From assembly GCA_964450805.1 (NCBI GenBank), contig CAYVDD010000001.1, positions 200,595 to 252,364 on the forward strand: a stretch of DNA of 51,770 nt, in the 5' to 3' direction. The notes beneath the pieces are model-generated. The model was not told where the DNA came from. It saw only the letters and a list, made by a program, of their open reading frames with translations, and did no database searches. How positions within the stretch are numbered: the stretch's first letter is position 1; the number at the start of each line of letters is the position of its first letter. Source of the stretch: an uncultured Candidatus Saccharibacteria bacterium (GTDB lineage: Bacteria; Patescibacteriota; Minisyncoccia; Minisyncoccales; JANBVM01). Below, piece by piece: positions 46,674 to 51,770 of this stretch. Position numbers and translations under genes: made by a program.

Positions 46674-48593
46674 TTATTTCTTTTCTTTGAATTCTCCTTC
46701 TTCGGCTTGAGGAGATTCCTGGCTATTTTTTTGTTTTTTTCCTTCTCCAGCTGATTTCTTATAAACTTCAGCTCCAATCTTTTGAATTGTCTGTGATAAT
46801 TCGCTAGTTTTAGCCTTTATGTTATCAATGTTATCAGCTTCTTTTGCTTTTTTCAAAGCTTTAATTTTTTCTTCAACTTCTTTTTTTATTTCAGAGGAAA
46901 CTTTGTCCCCCATTTCTCTTAAAGTTTTTTCTGAAGTATAAATCAGGTTGTCTGCCAAATTCTTGACTTCAATATTTTCCTTTTTCTTTTTATCCTCTCC
47001 AGCATGAACCTCTGCTTCTTTTTTCATTTTTTCTATCTCTTCCTTTGACAAACCTATAGAACCTTCAACTTTAATTGACTGACTCTTGTTTGTTGCTTTA
47101 TCTTTTGCAGTAACAGTTAAAATGCCATTAGCATCAATATCAAATGTAACTTCAATCTGAGGCATTCCTCTTGGAGCTGGAAGTATATCAGTTAAAACAA
47201 ATCTTCCTAAAGACCTGTTGTCATTTGCCATTGATCTCTCACCTTGTAAAATATTTATTTCAACTGAAGGCTGGTTGTCAGCAGCAGTTGAAAATATCTG
47301 AGTTTTTGATGTTGGAATAGTGGTATTTTTAGCAATCATGGTTGTGTTAACTCCGCCTAAAGTTTCAATTCCTAAAGATAATGGCAAAACATCTAAAAGC
47401 AGAACGCTTTTAATGTCACCTTCTGGAGCTCTTCCTTCTTCTTTTGCCCTTAAAACTTCTGCCTGAATTGAAGCACCCCTGGCCACTACTTCCTCCGGAT
47501 TAATGGATGTATTTGAATCTTTACCGAAAAGATTTTTAACTGCATCCCTCACAGCAGGAATTAAAGTGGTTCCGCCAACTAAAATTACCTCATTAATATC
47601 ATTTTTAGTTAACTTTGCTTCTTTTAAAGTTTCTTCCACTCTTTTAATTGATTTTTCAATCAAATCCCTGTTCATATTCTCAAGCTGACTCCTTGAAAAT
47701 TTGTAATACAAGTGTTTTGGCCCCTCGCTGTCAGAAGAAATAAATGGAAGATTAATTTCAGTTTCCATGGCTGAAGAAAGTTCAATTTTAGCGTTTTCAG
47801 AAGCTTCTTTTAATCTTTGAAGGGCTAAAGGATCTTTTGACAAATCAATTCCCTGGTCTTTTTTGAATTGCTCAACAATCCAATTCATAACATTCTGGTC
47901 AAAATCATTTCCTCCTAAATGAGCCTCTCCTCCAGTTGCCAATACTTCAACTGTATCTTCTTTTTCTCCAGGAACTACGTCTAAAATAGTGATGTCAAAT
48001 GTTCCGCCTCCAAAATCATAAACAACAACTTTTTCTTCCTTTTTTTTGCCTAATCCATAAGCCAAGGCTGCAGCGGTAGGTTCATTAATCACTCTTAATA
48101 CTTTAAAACCTGCAATTTCTCCTGCTGTTTTTGTTGCTGTTCTCTGAGAATCATCAAAATTAGCTGGACAGGTAATTACAACTGATTCTAGTTTTTCACC
48201 AAGCTTTTCTTCAGCATCAAGCTTCATTTTTTGTAGAACCATTGAAGAAATCTCAATTGGGCTGTGCCACTTATCACCCATTTTTATTTCAACACTGCCG
48301 TCTTTTCTTTCTCTTGTTTCGTAAGAAAGTTTTTTTAATTCTTTTTGAACTTCTGGATCAGAAAACCTTCTTCCAATAAATCTTTTAACTGAATGAATTG
48401 TGTTTTTGGGATTTGTAATTGCTTGTCTTTTTGCTAAGACTCCAACAAGTCTTTCTCCATTTTTTGCCAAAGCAACCACAGAGGGCATTAAAATTGAACC
48501 TTCTCTGGTTTCCAAACACTTTGGCTCTCCATTAATAATAGTAGCCATTTTTGTAATAGCTGTACCTAAATCAATACCTAAAATTTTACTCAT
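46674..48593 (-). CDS. dnaK: Chaperone DnaK
   Basis: GIDLGT, NEPTAAA, DFGGGTFD, VLLLDV linker. Confidence 0.97.
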   Translation of the reverse strand: MSKILGIDLGTAITKMATIINGEPKCLETREGSILMPSVVALAKNGERLVGVLAKRQAITNPKNTIHSVKRFIGRRFSDPEVQKELKKLSYETRERKDGSVEIKMGDKWHSPIEISSMVLQKMKLDAEEKLGEKLESVVITCPANFDDSQRTATKTAGEIAGFKVLRVINEPTAAALAYGLGKKKEEKVVVYDFGGGTFDITILDVVPGEKEDTVEVLATGGEAHLGGNDFDQNVMNWIVEQFKKDQGIDLSKDPLALQRLKEASENAKIELSSAMETEINLPFISSDSEGPKHLYYKFSRSQLENMNRDLIEKSIKRVEETLKEAKLTKNDINEVILVGGTTLIPAVRDAVKNLFGKDSNTSINPEEVVARGASIQAEVLRAKEEGRAPEGDIKSVLLLDVLPLSLGIETLGGVNTTMIAKNTTIPTSKTQIFSTAADNQPSVEINILQGERSMANDNRSLGRFVLTDILPAPRGMPQIEVTFDIDANGILTVTAKDKATNKSQSIKVEGSIGLSKEEIEKMKKEAEVHAGEDKKKKENIEVKNLADNLIYTSEKTLREMGDKVSSEIKKEVEEKIKALKKAKEADNIDNIKAKTSELSQTIQKIGAEVYKKSAGEGKKQKNSQESPQAEEGEFKEKK

Positions 48594-48599
48594 AAATCA

Positions 48600-48662
48600 A
48601 ATAACAAATAACAGACAACAGAAAACAATGTTTTTGTTGTTTGTTTTCTGCTTTCTGCTTTT
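48600..48662. repeat. Inverted array of degenerate 7-mers
   Basis: AATAACA AATAACA GACAACA GAAAACA - loop - TGTTGTT TGTTTTC TGCTTTC TGCTTTT. Confidence 0.75.
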
Positions 48663-48671
48663 TTGTTTAAA

Positions 48672-49130
48672 TTAAACTGTTTTTGTACCTTTAACTTTAA
48701 TTTTAATTGCTTTTTCTTTTTTCTTTTTCAATGTTTTCTTTGGAATGGTAATTTCTAAAATCCCTTCCTTGTATTCTGCTTTGGCTTTATTCCCAATAAC
48801 CTCACTTGGCAAACGAACTGCTCTTTTAAAATACCCTGAACTGATTTCTTTTCTGAAATATCCTTTTTCTTTTTTTTCTTTTTTTTCTTCTGACTTTGCT
48901 TCTATCCTTAAAACATTGTCCTTTACTTCAACCTCAATGTCTTTTGGATCAACACCTGGCAATTCAACCTTTGCTATAACATCTTTTTTTGTTTCATAAA
49001 CGTCCATTCTAGGAGCTCTCATTCTTGAAAACATAAAATGCCTTGGGCCTCTTAAAATACGCTCTGGCATAAAGTCCTCATCAAACCAGTCTTCAATGTC
49101 CCAAAATGGTTTTCTTGGAATAATTGGCAT
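48672..49130 (-). CDS. Hsp20/alpha-crystallin small heat-shock protein
   Basis: DVYET, ELPGV, F.R...LP, A.Y..GIL.I.IPK. Confidence 0.95.
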   Translation of the reverse strand: MPIIPRKPFWDIEDWFDEDFMPERILRGPRHFMFSRMRAPRMDVYETKKDVIAKVELPGVDPKDIEVEVKDNVLRIEAKSEEKKEKKEKGYFRKEISSGYFKRAVRLPSEVIGNKAKAEYKEGILEITIPKKTLKKKKEKAIKIKVKGTKTV

Positions 49131-49174
49131 AATATTTATATGATTAAATTGTTAAATTAATTGACCTTTTTTAA

Positions 49175-49657
49175 TTACTTATTTACTTTCACTTTTGCTG
49201 GCCTCAGAATCTTGCCGTTAATTGTATAACCTTTCTGTATTTCATCAATAATTATTCCAGATTCTTTGTTTTTCATTTCAACCACCTCAACAATTTCATG
49301 AATGCTTGGATCGAACTTTTTACCCAAACTTTTTATCTCTTCAACTTTCTGGCTTTTTAAAATGTCCTTAACCTGGTTTTTAATCTGAAACAGGCCTTTA
49401 ATATCTTTATTCTCTTTTGCTTTTTTAGATAATTTTTTTTCAGCCACGTCAAAATTATCCAAAACAGGAAGCAGTTTAAGAATCAATCCTGAATTAGCAT
49501 ACTTAATAAGTTCACTGATTTTCTCTAATTCATTTTTTTTGTAATTTATGAAATCAGCTCTTTGTCTCTGCCAGCCAGCTAAATATTCTTTTTTTTGTTT
49601 CTCGCAATTCTCAAGCTTTTTTTCAAGCTTTTTAGCTTTCGATTGTTTTTCTTTCAT
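49175..49657 (-). CDS. grpE: Nucleotide exchange factor GrpE
   Basis: ADF.NY, LLPVLDNF, FDP..HE, GY......LRPAKV. Confidence 0.96.
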   Translation of the reverse strand: MKEKQSKAKKLEKKLENCEKQKKEYLAGWQRQRADFINYKKNELEKISELIKYANSGLILKLLPVLDNFDVAEKKLSKKAKENKDIKGLFQIKNQVKDILKSQKVEEIKSLGKKFDPSIHEIVEVVEMKNKESGIIIDEIQKGYTINGKILRPAKVKVNK

Positions 49658-49659
49658 AA

Positions 49660-50367
49660 TTAAAAATCTGCCAGTAATTTTATTAAAGAATTCATTAAAC
49701 TTATGTTTTTATTGTAATCCATTCTTTTAGGACCCAATAAGGCTAACATTGCTTTTTCATTATCAGGAAAATAACATCTGGAAGATATAACACTGAAATC
49801 ATTTGCTTTTGAAACAGGATTTTCTTTTCCAATAAAAATTCTTAAATCTGAATCAGTTTCAAGCTCTTTAATACTCTCTTCAAATCCTTTTAAAAACTTA
49901 GTAAAAGAATTAACAAATTCTTTTTGACTGAATTCAGGCTCTTTTAATAATTCTTCCCAGCCCTCTTTCCAGATAAAATCTCTATTAAAAAGGTGGATAA
50001 CAGCCAAATTAGATGAAGTCTCAGCCAGACATTTTAAGAGATTAGAAGCTAATTTGAAAGTATCCTGGTTTGACTCATGAAGAACGGCTTCTATGCCAAA
50101 AACATCTTCAAAATCCAATACTCCTTGTTCTAACAAATTATCAACAAAAAATCTATATGCTTTGTCAGTTGGCACTCTTCCAGCAGAGGTATGAGGCTGA
50201 TGCAAATAACCTAATTCAGTTAATCTCTGCATATCATTTCTAATGGTTGCAGGACAGACATGAAAACCATGCTTTTTTTCCAAGAGTTTAGAGCTCACTG
50301 GCTGGGCAGAATCAATATATTGCTTGATTATAGCTTCCAGTATTAGTTTTTGTCTTTCAGCTATCAT
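49660..50367 (-). CDS. hrcA: Heat-inducible repressor HrcA (short form)
   Basis: PVSS, ATIRNDM, QPHTSAGRVPTDK.YR, GPKRMDY. Confidence 0.95.
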   Translation of the reverse strand: MIAERQKLILEAIIKQYIDSAQPVSSKLLEKKHGFHVCPATIRNDMQRLTELGYLHQPHTSAGRVPTDKAYRFFVDNLLEQGVLDFEDVFGIEAVLHESNQDTFKLASNLLKCLAETSSNLAVIHLFNRDFIWKEGWEELLKEPEFSQKEFVNSFTKFLKGFEESIKELETDSDLRIFIGKENPVSKANDFSVISSRCYFPDNEKAMLALLGPKRMDYNKNISLMNSLIKLLADF

Positions 50368-50375
50368 GATGATAT

Positions 50376-50412
50376 ATTATAGCGATTATCACTCTACGCT
50401 GTCAAGTGATAA
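50376..50412 (-). promoter_or_regulatory. hrcA promoter (TTGACA-18-TATAAT) with variant CIRCE at 50386-50412
   Basis: TTATCACTC-N9-AAGTGATAA vs canonical TTAGCACTC-N9-GAGTGCTAA. Confidence 0.88.
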
Positions 50413-50483
50413 TTAATCTAAGTAGTAGTTTTTGACAAAATATATTAAAATGAGATTATTAACAGCTATTAATAATAAACTCT

Positions 50484-51401
50484 ATGAAACAAGAAATTAA
50501 AGCCCCAAAATTCACCTGGATAGATATTAATAATCCAAGTGAACATGATATTAAATATCTTAAAAAGAAATTTAAGATTCATCCTTTGGTTCTGGATGAA
50601 CTGATAAATCCAAGTCCAAGACCAAGAGTAGAACGTTATAAAAATTATGTTTTTATGGTGCTTTTTTATCCAATCTACAATATCCAAACAAGAGAAACCA
50701 GTTCCAGAGAACTGAATATTATTGTCAGCAAAAAAGCAATGATTACCAGCCATCATGAAACCATCCCTCCTTTAAAAACCCTTTTTGACAACAGCAGGTT
50801 TAACAAGCAATCTAAAAAAACATATTTATCAGAAGAAACAGGACAATTGCTTTATTATATTCTAAGCGCTTTTTGGCAGAATTGCTTTAAAAAACTGGAA
50901 AAAATAAACGAACGAATTAATGACATTGAAAAATACATTTTCAGCGGTAAAGAAAAAGAAATGGTTCTGGAGATCTCTCTTGTTAAAACAGACATTATTA
51001 ATTTCTGGAGAATAATTGAACCGCAGAAAGAAGTTCTGGAATCTCTGTTAAAAGAAGGATTAGAATTTTTTGGCCAAACACTTCTCCCTTATTTTTCTGA
51101 TGTTTTGGGAACTTATGAACGCGTATCCAATACCTTAGAAACAGACAAAGAAACAATTCTGGCTTTAGAAGACACGAACCAATCACTTCTTTCAACAAGA
51201 ATCAATGAAATAATGAAGGTGCTGACAATTTTATCAGTTGTTATGCTTCCTTTAACTTTAATTGCTTCTATCTGGGGAATGAACTTTCCTGAATCCCTTC
51301 CTTTAAGCAATTCTCCTATAGGCTTCAGGTCAATTTCATTTTTAATGTTTGTTGTTCTGATTATTATGATAATTTACTTTAAAAGAAAGAAATGGCTTTA
51401 A
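50484..51401 (+). CDS. corA: CorA-family Mg2+ transporter
   Basis: HPL..D, NEIMKVLT, WGMN. Confidence 0.95.
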   Translation: MKQEIKAPKFTWIDINNPSEHDIKYLKKKFKIHPLVLDELINPSPRPRVERYKNYVFMVLFYPIYNIQTRETSSRELNIIVSKKAMITSHHETIPPLKTLFDNSRFNKQSKKTYLSEETGQLLYYILSAFWQNCFKKLEKINERINDIEKYIFSGKEKEMVLEISLVKTDIINFWRIIEPQKEVLESLLKEGLEFFGQTLLPYFSDVLGTYERVSNTLETDKETILALEDTNQSLLSTRINEIMKVLTILSVVMLPLTLIASIWGMNFPESLPLSNSPIGFRSISFLMFVVLIIMIIYFKRKKWL

Positions 51402-51770
51402 AAAACAAAAAATGTATTTTTGTTTTAATAATTTTAATAGCTGTTTTTTTTAGATTCTATCAACTGGATCTTATTCCAGCAGGAGTTTATCACGACGAAG
51501 CAATTAATGGAAACGATGCTTTTTTAAGCCTTAAAAACGGAAATTACAACATACTTTATCCTGAGAATAACGCCAGAGAAGGTCTTTTTATCTGGCTTAT
51601 TTCTCTTTCTTTCTCAATATTCGGCATTTCAATCTGGTCATTAAAATTTATTCCAGCTGTTATTGGCACTCTTACTGTACTTGGTTTATACCTGTTCACA
51701 AAAGAATTGTTTTCTTTAGATGAAAAATACAGAATGCAGAATACAAATATTGCTCTTTTATCCAGTTTTT
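51392..51770 (+). CDS. GT-C glycosyltransferase (ArnT/PMT-like), runs off the window edge
   Basis: Manual translation MALKNKK...FFRFYQLDLIPAGVYHDEAING...REGLF...IGTLTVLGLYLFTKELF. Confidence 0.85.
   Translation, partial: MALKNKKCIFVLIILIAVFFRFYQLDLIPAGVYHDEAINGNDAFLSLKNGNYNILYPENNAREGLFIWLISLSFSIFGISIWSLKFIPAVIGTLTVLGLYLFTKELFSLDEKYRMQNTNIALLSSF

Overview
AT-rich bacterial chromosome segment, most likely from a Patescibacteria/CPR (Parcubacteria-like) organism. This is inferred from the gene repertoire, the short HrcA, an archaeal-type non-discriminating AspRS, retained rplI and the scarcity of Shine-Dalgarno motifs. Most genes are on the minus strand. Bases ~1-16.4 kb are accessory: a degenerate M20 peptidase, secreted Cys-rich proteins, and a five-gene block (3530-7283) bounded by two inversely oriented 28-bp dif/Xer-like sites. 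They also hold a surface operon encoding a 2195-aa Ig/beta-helix adhesin-like protein, a dockerin protein and a membrane-anchored cohesin protein. The rest is mostly core: gltX, murG-ftsW-murD with murL and mraY, a D,D-carboxypeptidase, aspS, a thioesterase/7TM histidine kinase/receiver trio (receiver frameshifted), murC, thpR, HMG-CoA synthase, ino1/PadR, efp, uppS with a geranylgeranyl-reductase-like gene, pyrG, rplI, an S41 protease, tRNA-Lys(UUU), hrcA-grpE-hsp20-dnaK-dnaJ with a variant CIRCE, corA and a partial GT-C glycosyltransferase. The best novel-system candidates are the dif-module-like cassette, the non-cellulosomal cohesin-dockerin surface assembly, and the thioesterase-kinase-receiver unit. 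All family calls come from reading motifs by eye; no searches were run.
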